The notes beneath the pieces were generated by a model. It did no database searches, was not told where the DNA came from, and saw nothing but the letters and a program-made list of their open reading frames with translations. Of a stretch of DNA of 64,000 nt, positions 51,730 through 63,440 are shown in pieces. Origin of the DNA: Elsinoe ampelina. Lineage: Eukaryota. Each line of letters begins with the position of its first letter. Positions within the stretch are counted from its first letter, which is position 1. The stretch is taken from contig ML992513.1 of the NCBI GenBank assembly GCA_010093995.1, forward strand, positions 555,203 to 619,202, given 5' to 3'. The position numbers and the translations under genes were made by a program.

Positions 51730-53421
51730 TTACAACAGCCCCACCAAGCCCCTCACTCCCATCGCCTCCTCCCCCTGCCCCTCCACCGGCGTCCCCCCTT
51801 CGAAATCATCCCACCTCCCCAGTCCCCTCACCATCTCAAACTTCTCCTCCAATATCCTCCTATGCAACCTATCCGTCCTCGGAAAGCCAAAGATGAGCTT
51901 CTTGAGGAAGAGCAAGTCTCTCACTCTCTCCCTTGTGTCCTCCTCACTGGCGTCAGGTAGCTGTGTCACGACGTCGACGATGGCATTAGCGATCTCGAAT
52001 AGCTTGTGTAAGATGCCTGAGCCGTGGACGCCGATCTCGAGAGGGGTGAAGTGGGAGAGGTAGGATTTGAGCTCGTGGGAGAGTGTGAGTGGGAAAGTGA
52101 GAGAGAGGGAAGAGGTGGATTTCGTTGGCCCGGAGGGGTCGGCTGGGGAGTGGAGCGGTGCGGGAGCGAGGTGGGGTGAGCCTGGTGTCGAGGACGTGAG
52201 GAGCATAGAGCGGATGGCGATTTGCCAGAGGACGGTACGGAGCCATTGGCGGGTGACGATGATGTCGGCTTGTTGCATGGCGGCGAGCATGGAGACTTCC
52301 ATGTGCCATTGGGAGTCTTCAAGTTCTCTGGCATGATGTTAGCAGGGAGGGAGAAGGGATGATGAATGGCTGTACCTGTGGCGCAGCCGAAGCCACTCGG
52401 GGTCAGGCTCGCGGTGTTTAAGCCAGAAGCCAACAAAGTCCCGGTCGATCATACAGAAGGTCTGTACTGTATAGATCCAGCCTTGGTGGATGGAGAAGTC
52501 GATGGAAGGGTCAAAGGCGGGAAGTTCTGGTAAAGGATCGAGTATGATGGCTCGCTCATGAACGATGGCAGCGAACCGTTCGTGGATGAGACACTCCCAG
52601 TAAAGACGTTCCCTGCGGCAGCGCTCCGTGTGTGATAGCGTTTCCATGAATTCGGCGTCGGTGATGTGAAGCATTGGTAATTGCATGATGGCTTCATTAA
52701 GATAGAAGAGTGCTATATCTGACTTGTAGAGATTCATAAGGCAGATCTCGAGAAAGACCGATGTCATGACTCTCAGTATGCTCGGAGGCATGTTCTGAGG
52801 TGTGAGCGGTCGTCGATGGTCCAGACAAGATCGCACCAGGGACATGATCTGATCTACCGCGTCTGCTCCGCGGTCCACATGGGATAGGGAGATGGTGACG
52901 GCCGCGTAGATGTACAGAAAGCACAGAGCTTCTTCGTCCGAGTACATTCGGGAGATACATGACCGGCATTCCTCGGGAGTGACGACCGGATTGACTGGAT
53001 AGACAGCATCGATATACTCTGGCAGGAGATCGTAGAAGAAGTTCGGATCTATCGGTCCCGCTGAGAAAGAATGGCGTGGTCCTGAACGTGGCGATATGCC
53101 GGATGTGGGCGAGGAGATGTCGGAGAAGAGGGATGCGGGTGACGCGGCGGAGAGATGATTGTGGTTTTGATTATTTGCGGATGGTGGCGGCAGAGGTACA
53201 TCAGTCCGACACGCCTGAATGATGGTTCCTCGAGGGGCGGCTGCCTTGCGACTCCGTTTCGATGGCGCTGCGGTGTAGACGCATTTGATATCTAGGTGCG
53301 AGCATTGCTGGCACCGGGTGGCGCCATTGCATCGCACTTTCCGTCTTCGACACGCATCACATGCTCGACTGGATCTCCTGATAGTCGGATTGGAGGTGGG
53401 AGCCTCGTACAGCGTATCCAT
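51730..53421 (-). CDS. malR: Zn(II)2Cys6 transcription factor, MalR/Mal-activator-like
   Basis: ACDACRRRKVRCNGATRCQQCSHLDIKC, RRERLYW...IHER, QQADIIVTRQWLR...WQ, VHGSGILHKLFEI. Symbol rests on adjacency to permease and maltase. Confidence 0.85.
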
Positions 53422-54188
53422 CTGGATGATGGCGGGCGACAACATCTACCACATCAGGTGGCTGGAGGCGGGGTTGAGCTTCTCCTGTACAGCTGTCGGG
53501 CAGGTATGCGCCTGTGATCTGAGCAGACTAGGCGTGATCGTATGGGGAATACAGTTCTGTACATGCATGTGCGATGCAGGAGTTCTCTTGATAATGTTGT
53601 GACAACCCTTTGCTGTTGATGTTCAGGGCAAGGAAAGTACGGTAAGCGGCACGAGCTTCGAGACGAAAAGAGTCGATTGTGGAGAAGGTGAGAAGTCAAA
53701 AGTGCGGAGATTTCGCAATTCTATTCATTTTTGCTGTACGCGGGCCGGCGGATCGTGGTTCGCCCTGGATGGCCCTGGTTCGCACTGATTCGCAGCCTGG
53801 ACCAATAGAAACCGAGACACCGTTGGCTGTCGTTTCTACACGACTTCGCTTCCGAACAGAACAACCACAAATGACGACGTGGATATCCTGTAAAACTGGC
53901 CATCTCTCATGGTGGCGCCATAGACGAAATAACAAAAGACAAAAGAGGAAGCTGCATGGAAGCCGTCTAGAAGCGAGGGATTCCCCTCGACTCGCATAGC
54001 TCGTGCACGTGTCAAGCTAGAATAGTCTGCCTGAGAGACTACCAAACCTTGATCAGGGACGCTTGGAAAAGATCGATTGATCGTGATCGTTGCAATTCAT
54101 TCTGTCGTGAGAACAGAGAGTAGATATGGACATCTAGCAAAAAACATGGCTACCAAAACACCAAAACCCAGTATACATTTCCAGCTTT

Positions 54189-55856
54189 TCATGCAGCCTC
54201 GACGCGCTCGACGGCAGACTTCTTCTCATCGATAGACAGCGAGTCCGGGGTGCCAAATTGATCGACAACAGTGCTCTTGAACTTGCGGGCTGGGACGTGC
54301 TGCTCGAAGAGGACATCGAGCTCACCGAAAGTGCGGCCCTTGGGTTCTGGCAGGCGGAAATAGGTCCAGACGGCGCAGAGAAGGCAGGATACAGCCCAGA
54401 AGAAACCGGCCTTTGCGCCCCAGTTCCATGCGGATGGGTTGATCATGCGTGGGAAGAGGATGTTGGAGATCAGGCCAGTGATATTGTAAAGAATACGAGC
54501 GAGCACGACAGTCTTGGCCCTCAGACGGTTGGAGGACAACTCGGCGATGAGAGAGTAGCAGACTGGGCCGACGGTAGCATCGTAGGTGAAGGTGTAGATG
54601 AGGATCAAAGAACCTACGCCCCACTGAGCTCCAGTGTTGCTCTTGGAAACGATGCCGAGACCTCCGACGGTGGTAAGAACGATGATCATGGCAACTTGAC
54701 CGGTGAGGTAAAGCGTGCGGCGACCGAACTTGATCATGAGGAGCCAAGAAAGCATCGTACCAATGGCACCGAGACCGTACTGTGCGAGGGACATGGTGAA
54801 TGAGTGTTCGGTGGACAGACCGGCGTTCTGGTAGAAGTAGGTTGAGTAGCCCATGATTGAACCACCGCAGAGTGTCTGAATAGCCCAAGTCATGCAGACA
54901 ATCTCGGTGCGGCGAAGATCGGTGTTCTTGAAGCAGTCGAGGTACGAAGTGCCAGCGTTGTGAGCCTTCTCGAGCAAATTGGTGTGCTCCATCATGGCGA
55001 CCGTCTCATCAGCATTGAAGTTGGGATCCTTGCTTGTCAAACGGATCAGAGCCTGCTTAGCCTCCTCCTTGCGCTCGCGGCGGATCAACCACCATGGTGA
55101 CTCGGGGGCGAAGAGAATGCCGATTGCGATGGGAATGGGCCAAATCCACTGGAGAGCGAAGGGAATGCGGTAAGCCCACTCGTCAGTGCGGTTGACGACA
55201 CCGCGGAGGACACCAGAAGCGATAAGCTGACCCATGACCCAGCAGAGGTTGACGTAGGTAGTGAGGTAAGCGCGGAGAGCAACAGGGCAGACTTCAGCGG
55301 CATAGGTGGTGGTGATGGTCTGGAAGATACCGAAGGGAATACCAAGAAGGACTTGACCGGCGATCAGGGTGGGAAGGTTCTGGGCGAAGAAGGGGAGGAA
55401 GATGCATGCCGTGACGATCGCGAGGGCACCGATGATGGTCTTGCGGTATCCGTACCTCTCGGCGATGATACCATTGAGCCAGAGACCAGTGATCTCACCG
55501 ACCAAGGACGCATTGCCGAGACCAGATTGCCATGCGGCGGTCAACTCGTACGTGCCATTAGGAAGTCGCTCGCCAAACTTTCTCTTGAATGGGTCGATGG
55601 CGAAGAGGGAGAAGATGAGAGCCTTGTCGAAACCTTCCATAACGATACAGGTGGAAAGGAAGACGGACCACCCGACGGCATATGGGTACATCTTGATACC
55701 CTCAAGGAGAGACATGGTCTGCTCCTTGCGGGTAGCGACAGCGGCGTCGGAGGTGAGGTAGTTGACATCCTTTTCGCTGACGACCGACATGTTGCGGATG
55801 GCGGCTTGATCGACAGCCACGTGCTCGACGACCGAATTGTTTCGCGTTCCAACCAT
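54189..55856 (-). CDS. malP: Maltose/alpha-glucoside permease (sugar porter)
   Basis: MEGFD, YAAEVCPVALRAYLT, WAYRIPFALQWIWP, PESPWWL, LRRTEI, RLPEPKGRTFGELD.LF...VPARKF. Confidence 0.93.
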   Translation of the reverse strand: MVGTRNNSVVEHVAVDQAAIRNMSVVSEKDVNYLTSDAAVATRKEQTMSLLEGIKMYPYAVGWSVFLSTCIVMEGFDKALIFSLFAIDPFKRKFGERLPNGTYELTAAWQSGLGNASLVGEITGLWLNGIIAERYGYRKTIIGALAIVTACIFLPFFAQNLPTLIAGQVLLGIPFGIFQTITTTYAAEVCPVALRAYLTTYVNLCWVMGQLIASGVLRGVVNRTDEWAYRIPFALQWIWPIPIAIGILFAPESPWWLIRRERKEEAKQALIRLTSKDPNFNADETVAMMEHTNLLEKAHNAGTSYLDCFKNTDLRRTEIVCMTWAIQTLCGGSIMGYSTYFYQNAGLSTEHSFTMSLAQYGLGAIGTMLSWLLMIKFGRRTLYLTGQVAMIIVLTTVGGLGIVSKSNTGAQWGVGSLILIYTFTYDATVGPVCYSLIAELSSNRLRAKTVVLARILYNITGLISNILFPRMINPSAWNWGAKAGFFWAVSCLLCAVWTYFRLPEPKGRTFGELDVLFEQHVPARKFKSTVVDQFGTPDSLSIDEKKSAVERVEAA

Positions 55857-56142
55857 TTTGGTGGTGGTGGAGGTTGAATGAGAGAGAGGGGTAATCGAGG
55901 GGAGATCTGGTAGAGTCGATCTCAAGTCCTAGATAGGAGAGAAGCGGTTGTCGTGTGATGATGGAAAAAGAGCCTGGGTATGAGGACAGATGATGGTCTA
56001 TATATCTTAAGTTTCACCCTCCGTGGGGATCTCCAGATTGCATCCGTCAAGCTGGGTGCTGGGCAGATGTGCCCGTGGGGTGTGGGACGAAGTGTTGAAG
56101 CGACATGGCGCATGAAGGGAGCGAGAAAAACAAGGGCAAAGC

Positions 56143-57047
56143 ATGTCGGACCGACATTATTTGACTCAAAAACAGTTCGTCCCTGGGTTTGGTGGCGGAC
56201 CGAGCAGCAGGTCGAGACGAAACTTGGGCAGGAAAATTCGCGGTGGCGCTCTTGGTAGAGACAACGATGTTGCACAGTGCGGCTCGATCGGGAATCTGCT
56301 GAACTCTGTCCATGCACCCCAGACATGAGCTCCCCGCGCTTGGTCGCAATGTACCGAAAGATCGTCGCGGTACACAGTTCAACGAACAAGATGGAGGGTG
56401 AGCTGGCATCTACCAGAGCTATGCAAGTTCTCCGGTTGTCCTCATCGTCCTTGCAAAGAGACTAATAATGGCAAGATCTTGACAAGCAATGGTTCGTAGG
56501 GGCGACCGCAATCGTGCTCATCTGGGTTTGACTCCGACCACTCCCTGTTCTAGCTCGCCGATAACTTCGATATAGGAGCCGAGTCAGATCCCATGATGCC
56601 ATAATTCCGTGTCGACTCGCTCTGCATTGAAGCTTCCAAGCCTTGTGATAGACCGCCTCTTCTGCACGGCAGCTTGTGCCATGTGGCGTGAATGGATGAT
56701 CACTGAGACAAGACGGCCGAGGGAGCGCCACTGGCGAACCGTTGGAGAGGGGAAGCTTGGATGCAGCTCGTGACTACGATCGAGATGTCGGACCGACTGG
56801 GGAATTGGTGGATTTGTCCGCAGCAAACATGTCGGTCCGACAGTGATCCTGTCTCGGTCCGACATCTGACCATTGATCTCTCTCCATGTCTCGCCTTGGG
56901 CCCCGTGTCTGCTCTCCCGCACCTCCACCTCCACCAGCAGCATGATCCGGGGGCGAAACGTGCGGCTCTGCATGCTGTGGGGAGATGGGAAGATCCTTGT
57001 TGAGACTCCGCGTCTCAACTTTCATGAACAACTTTGTCGGTCCGACT
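56143..57047. promoter_or_regulatory. Divergent permease/maltase promoter with five GTCGG-W-CCGAC-type palindromes and SYGGRG (CreA-type) sites
   Basis: Palindromes at 56143, 56785, 56829, 56852, 57035. SYGGRG matches near 56023, 56074, 56797, 56978. Confidence 0.7.
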
Positions 57048-57183
57048 TGAAACTGCTTGAGCTCGAGACTCTCGATAGAAAATGACGACCTCATCCAGCC
57101 ATATCGGAGCAGCCACAAACCCTCTCTCCTCTTCATCTGTCCCTCCTTCTTCCTCCTCTTCTTCTCCCAAAAAAGCAGCCAGC

Positions 57184-58929
57184 ATGACCGTTACCGAGCG
57201 TCTTTGGTGGAAGAACGCCACCGTCTATCAGATATACCCTGCCAGCTTCAAGGACTCCAATGGAGACGGCGTGGGTGATCTCAATGGCATCTTGTCCGAG
57301 CTGGACTACATCAAGTCCATCGGCGTAGATGCCATCTGGATATGTCCCATGTACGACAGTCCGCAGATCGACATGGGGTATGACATCTCCAACTACGAAG
57401 CTGTGTATCCGCCTTACGGCACCGTAGCAGACATGGAGAACCTCATCGCCACCGCCCATGAGAAGGGTATCCGTGTGCTACTAGACCTCGTCATCAACCA
57501 CACATCTGATCAGCATCAATGGTTCCAAGAATCCCGGTCATCCAAGACCAACCCAAAGCGAGACTGGTACATTTGGCGTCCTGCAAAGTATGATGCTGAT
57601 GGCAACCGACGACCGCCCAACAATTGGCGGTCCAACTTTGGCGGGAGTGTCTGGGAGTGGGATGAGGCTACCGAGGAGTACTTCCTCCATCTTTTCTGTC
57701 CCGAGCAGCCAGATCTCAATTGGGAGAATGAGGAATGTCGACAAGCCATCTACGACTCTGCCATGCGCTTCTGGCTGGACCGGGGCATCGATGGCTTCCG
57801 AGTTGATACCGTAAACATGTACAGCAAAGATCCTGCCTTCGTCGACGCACCGATACTGAACCCCACCGAGCAGTGGCAAATGGCTGGCCTGCTGTACTGC
57901 AACGGTCCCAGGATGCACGAATACTTGTCTGAGATGAATGCCATCCTGTCAGAGTATGGCGCCATGACGGTCGGAGAATGTCCACACACGCCGAGCAGAG
58001 ACAGGGTGCTCAAGTACGTCTCCGCCAAGGAGAAGCAATTGAGCATGGTCTTCCAGTTTGACGTTGTCGATGTCGGATTTGGAGCAGATCTCAAGTACGA
58101 CACAGTACCGCGGAATTGGACCCTACCAGTACTCAAGGATGCCTTTACTCGGACCCAGCAATTGATCCAAGGTACCGATGCTTGGACGACGGCTTTCATC
58201 GAGAACCACGACCAGGCTCGCAGCATCTCCCGGTTCGGCTCCGATGCCACCGAGGAGCTCAGAGTGAGATCTGGCAAGATGCTCGCTCTCATGCTTGCCA
58301 GTATGTCCGGTACTCTGTTCGTCTATCAAGGCCAGGAGATTGGAATGGTCAACGCTCCGCTGACCTGGTCTGTTGAGGAAGATTACAAGGATGTCGAGTC
58401 CACCAACTACTACAACTGGGCAGTAGCCAAAGCCAATGGATCCGTTGAGGCGAAGAAGCGGGCGACTGCAGCACTCCAACACCTTGCAAGAGACCATGCC
58501 CGTGTGCCGATGCAGTGGGACGACTCCGTCCACGCCGGCTTCACGAAAGGCAAGCAGCCATGGATGAGAGTCATCGACAACTACCACCATCTCAACGTCA
58601 AGAGACAAGCTGCCGAGAAGGAATCAGTCCTCAGCTTCTGGAAGCAAATGCTGCAAGTCCGCAAGTCAAACGCTGACCTCCTCGTCCATGGCGACTTCTA
58701 CCTGCATGACCGGGAGAATCCAAAGACATTCATCTTCGAGAAGAAGTTCGGCGGCCAGTCTGCGCTTGTGGCGCTCAACTTCACCGACGAGGAGGTTCCT
58801 TTCTCAGCAGAAGGCGTCTTCGAGGGCGGCAATGGTAAGCGACTCGCTTGCACCTACGACGATGGAGCGGCTGGTCCTCTCCGCAGCTTCGAGGGAAGGA
58901 TCTATGTTGGCAGGTCTGCGCAGAACTGA
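57184..58929 (+). CDS. malT: Maltase / oligo-1,6-glucosidase-type GH13 alpha-glucosidase
   Basis: WWKNATVYQIYPASFKDSNGDG, DLVINHTSDQH, QPDLNW, DGFRVDTVN, TVGE, ENHDQ, RDHARVPMQW. An upstream in-frame ATG at 57082 is an alternative start. Confidence 0.95.
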   Translation: MTVTERLWWKNATVYQIYPASFKDSNGDGVGDLNGILSELDYIKSIGVDAIWICPMYDSPQIDMGYDISNYEAVYPPYGTVADMENLIATAHEKGIRVLLDLVINHTSDQHQWFQESRSSKTNPKRDWYIWRPAKYDADGNRRPPNNWRSNFGGSVWEWDEATEEYFLHLFCPEQPDLNWENEECRQAIYDSAMRFWLDRGIDGFRVDTVNMYSKDPAFVDAPILNPTEQWQMAGLLYCNGPRMHEYLSEMNAILSEYGAMTVGECPHTPSRDRVLKYVSAKEKQLSMVFQFDVVDVGFGADLKYDTVPRNWTLPVLKDAFTRTQQLIQGTDAWTTAFIENHDQARSISRFGSDATEELRVRSGKMLALMLASMSGTLFVYQGQEIGMVNAPLTWSVEEDYKDVESTNYYNWAVAKANGSVEAKKRATAALQHLARDHARVPMQWDDSVHAGFTKGKQPWMRVIDNYHHLNVKRQAAEKESVLSFWKQMLQVRKSNADLLVHGDFYLHDRENPKTFIFEKKFGGQSALVALNFTDEEVPFSAEGVFEGGNGKRLACTYDDGAAGPLRSFEGRIYVGRSAQN

Positions 58930-59172
58930 GATATCCTTTTCGATGTGACGGCCGTAAACCTAAGATGCGGGAGCATCCATGATGAGAATTTGCTAGAGCA
59001 TAGAGTGGTCATAGGCTAGGGTCCAGTTTGACTTCCGGTATATATTTCTTTAGTCCAGGCTCTGGTGCGGAGTAGAATTGTGACACTTTGCTCTTATTCT
59101 CACCAAGTCTTCAACCTTTCTCTTCCAAAGACTTCGACCATTGCTACAAGTCCTCGGAAACTAAATCAACGG

Positions 59173-60591
59173 ATGGGATACCGTCGCTCGGATTATTCGG
59201 CAGTGCCAACCACCAAAATGGCCGACAAGGAAGGCTTGTGGACAGGGCCTCTTCCACGTCCTCGCAAGTGCCATGCCAGCAAGCTTAGCCTTCTACTGGA
59301 CTTGCCGAACGAGGTCCAGGACATGGTTTTTCGCACCCTTTTCGATGACCAAATCGCCAGATCGACCGGGCATTTGCGCGAGCTGGACTACAGCCGTGGC
59401 GACTGGGCCTCATCCACGGCACTCCTTACGACGTCGGCCCTGCTCTGCCTGCGCCTCACCTGTCGCGAGTACCATCAGCGCTTCTACAGAATTGCCTATC
59501 ATGGTTTGTGCCTCAAAGCGAACGCCCGCCCAAAATGCCATGACTTCACCAAGGATCAGTATTTCGAGTATTTCAGCCACAGAAAGTCACCTGTCCATCC
59601 CATCTCGGATTGTACACTACCAGACACACAAAACCCCGAATTCACTAGTAAGGGTCCAGTATTCTGCGATCGGAAGTGTGATGTGCATTTCAGTCTTTCC
59701 GATTATGAGCAGCAAATGTACAAGTACGAGTTGATAGAGCACCTCAGGAAGACCGCGGAAAAAGAGACCAAGGAGCGGAACAGACTAGCTAGACACGACT
59801 TCGATTTTCTACAGAGCGTGCGAATCGACCTGCTTCAAAGACTGTGGCTCGATGGAACGGTCAGCGACACCTTCTCAGATGGTTTCCAATCTGCCATGCA
59901 GAAAATGGACTATGGAAAGCATCTCAAGGTCTTCTTTCTCGTTCTCAGCGGGGAACATGTAACGAAAGAGCCTGCCGTCATACAGACCGCTCGAGTTAGA
60001 GCCAGCGTACGGAGAGCACGACTGGCAGCGCAACAAGCAACAACCATGCCAACCACGACTGGCGGTGGTGCCACGCAAGTACCAGCTGCCCAGGTGCCAG
60101 GTGCCGCGCCCTTGTCACTTCAAACGCCCCCGGCCCCACGCAATCGCAATCCCATGAGCTTGGCTGCCAGACTACACATGTTTCACACCCGCCGGCGTGG
60201 TCCTCTGAATATGTGGCGGCATGGCATCCCGATACCTTCCAACATGCGATCCACAGTCGAATTCTGGTCGAAGATCAAGACGCCCAACGCTATCTACATC
60301 AATACAATGAACTCATATCGTACAAGGGATGCACATAGCATAGCCTTGAGAAGTAAGTCAGATAATCCACGTTTTGTTATGCAGTACTGACATGTGCTTC
60401 CAGTCGCGGAACAAAAGAGGTTGCAGGCTGCGTATAATAATGGGGTGGTCATTGAGATGTTGACCAAGCTGGGGTATGCACCTTCCGGAGAGGAGACTAG
60501 TCCTCAGGAAGTCTGGCAGAAACTGTGCTGTGAAGCGGACGAAAATATCGTCGCTGAGGAATCGTTTCTGCGGAAGACAATCGAGCTCTAA
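59173..60591 (+). CDS. F-box-like protein
   Basis: LLLDLPNEVQDMVF...LRLTCREYHQRFY, MDYGKHL; intron 60353-60402. Confidence 0.68.
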
Positions 60592-61018
60592 ATCCTACCA
60601 GTAACAAACTTCGCTGTCAGTCAAGAGGACATTGCGGTACTAAAGCGACGGACGAGACGTGAATCATCAGTATCAACCGATTTTGAATGTGTTTGGAATC
60701 TGAGTGGCGAACATTCATCCACAACTACTGCCATCTTCTACCTCTACAAGCCGCATCGACAGTGCTGATCTCCGAATCGTCGTCATCAGAAATCTTTCAC
60801 TGTCGACACCACTCCGTCTCTGTCTGCCTGATCCTACTACAGCGTCAAGATTTCTGGATGATCATAGTCGGGCGGCGACATTCCCCTGTATTACTCCTCT
60901 CATCATCGGCCTCCGATCTCTAGGCTCAATCACCTAGGTGGCCACCTGCGCTTCACTCACGATTCACTCCAGCTATATTATATACGATCCACCATCCCAC
61001 AAAGAGGTTTTCAGCACG

Positions 61019-61915
61019 ATGTCGCTTCATGATCTGCCGCTCTCGATTCGCAAGATGATATACAGTCATGCAGTGACCATTGCCCATAGCAATCAACGCA
61101 TCATTACGCTGGACCAGAACGATAGCAAGACAATCACCATGGTGGATCCTGACCTCCTTCATTTCAGTCTCACCCACCGCGAGGCTTACGATCAAATCGA
61201 AGAATCACTCCAGACACCTATCACAATCTCAATGAAGATGTGGAATGAGGCAGAGAGCTACTGGTACACACCCGACACGTATGATCTGGCTCAGTATAAC
61301 ATTACCAGATGCAAAATACTTGCGCATGTGGACGAAGATATCTTCGATTACCTACCGGATCTCCTCAACGATCTCGCCGGCCTTGACCATCTACAGGAAT
61401 GCACAGTGCTGTTTGACTGGGGCTTCTGTAGCGATGCGCTGTCACACACTGACATCAACGAGTACGTCTTCTCTGAAAGCGCTGATTACATGTTGGACCA
61501 TATTTGGCCAGAGATCGAGCTCCAGTGTCCGATCATCATTGACTATGAGGCCTTGGAACCTTGCCATTGGATCTGGAGGCTCAAAGGTGAGTCAGTACGC
61601 TGCAGTTTGACTCAAATATTGACATTGCTCTCAGGGGTCGAAAAATGTCGCTGGACAAGCTTGCAGCAGCGTCTTAACGAGTCGGACAAAGACAGCCAGG
61701 ACAACGACGCCACTTCCCCGTCCATTAGCGGATCTTCTGACGGTCCCGACAATGAAGACGATTCCAACGAGGAGAACGACACCGATGAAGAGAACGGCGA
61801 TGCCGAAGAAGGCAGCGGTGACGATGAGACCGAAAATGACCACGAGAGCGTTAGTGAAGATGAGAATGGCCATGACTATAAAGATGGTACGGCTGCTGGC
61901 ACGACGACACTCTGA
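61019..61915 (+). CDS. F-box-like protein with an acidic tail
   Basis: MSLHDLPLSIRKMIY...LLHFSLTHREAY; D/E-rich C-terminus; probable in-frame intron near 61587-61634. Confidence 0.65.
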   Translation: MSLHDLPLSIRKMIYSHAVTIAHSNQRIITLDQNDSKTITMVDPDLLHFSLTHREAYDQIEESLQTPITISMKMWNEAESYWYTPDTYDLAQYNITRCKILAHVDEDIFDYLPDLLNDLAGLDHLQECTVLFDWGFCSDALSHTDINEYVFSESADYMLDHIWPEIELQCPIIIDYEALEPCHWIWRLKGESVRCSLTQILTLLSGVEKCRWTSLQQRLNESDKDSQDNDATSPSISGSSDGPDNEDDSNEENDTDEENGDAEEGSGDDETENDHESVSEDENGHDYKDGTAAGTTTL

Positions 61916-62344
61916 GTGATCGTCCGACCTGATCACGACACAAATGACAAACTGAGGAGGGTCACACCATGCGATTGGCGGGGAATTGATGACAGAAAGG
62001 CAAAAGGGGTGCAGGAGCGTGCAGGGAAGGTCTTCTGCATTTACGGTAGTTCCACAGGCTTCTGGGATTGCTAAAGTTCAAAGTACGGCACCCACGTATG
62101 TGGTAGACATGGAAATGCTCCATACGAGCATGGTAAATGAAAGCTGTGTTAATTACTCAGCCCTGTGGTGGGGATGTTAGTACCCACTTTTTGGCCACCT
62201 TGGGCGAACATGTTGCTGCCTTGTTTACCTTAATCAGGCATCTTTCCGATCCAAACTCCGCTGGCTCTGTGATATTTCATTTTTCTGACTTTTTCCCACT
62301 CTGGATCACCTTTTCCAAACCCGACCATTCCACGACATCAGAAC

Positions 62345-63198
62345 ATGGGAGACAGTACCGTCGTGCGACAAGAGATGAGTCCGTCAATGGACACGGTTGA
62401 GGACAGCTATGCAGCTATGGTAAGCTCGACGTGTGTCACTTTTGTCTTTGCTCTAACTTTTGACCAGCCAGGCCCAATGCCGTTTGACCTTATTGGACTT
62501 CCGACCGAAATCAGACACATGGTCTACGCCATCCATCAGCAATACATCGATGAGCACGACTTCCTTTATGTATCCATTACGTGGAACAAGGCCGACAGAG
62601 TCCTGAAATTCTGCAGCGAATACGCTATCTACGTGCCGAACATGCTACCTCTGGTACTGACCTGCAAGACGATCAGCACTGAGATCCTGCCGTACTTCTA
62701 CGCGACGCCTTGTTTCCAACTGCGTTTTGGCAACGAAATTGACAGGACTGTGGCCGATCTGCGGGCATCCTATCACTGCTTCAGATACATGCGCAACGTC
62801 GAGATCCTTCTCGATCCGTTTTGTCGATTCAGCCGCGCCTTGAAACAGAGTCTGGAGCTGATCGAATGGGCCGAACAAATTGCGTACATGGAGATCAGCG
62901 TCGGCAACTCTTGCTCATGGGAAAGGAGAGAGCATTGTGAGCTGCTCGAAGCGGGAGGGGGGGCAGAAGTCGAGAGGATGCTTGCGTATTGGGGCCAAAT
63001 CCGCTTCAAAGACAAGGTGGACTTGTGGTTTTGTCTGTTCGGATGGAAAGAATTGCGCGGTATGTGAGGTGTGAATCGACAACATTTGCAACGCTGACAG
63101 GAGCAGATGCAGAAGCCCAAAGACAGATCGCAATGAAGCTGGAGGGAAAGTGGAGAATGCTGCGTGAGCTATCTCGCCTTTTGCTAGAAAAAGTCTGA
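62345..63198 (+). CDS. F-box-like protein
   Basis: PFDLIGLPTEIRHMVY...LVLTCKTISTEILPYFY; introns near 62420 and 63060-63099. Confidence 0.7.
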
Positions 63199-63440
63199 AT
63201 TTCCAGACCATTTTCCAAACACTACCTTACGATGTCTTTCTGCGTCTGATGATGGTGTTGAAGTGTGAAAAGTCCATAGTTGCGTCCTTGTGCAGCGCAG
63301 CTGCCTATTTCGCGATACAAAGCCGTGACGCCAACTTCCTGCCCAACCTTTACACGCGTGCTTTCAAGAACAACTCGTCTCGTTGCAATCTTCGAGACTC
63401 AAGCGCACTACTCTATTCAAGACTCAGAGCGGAGAGCACC

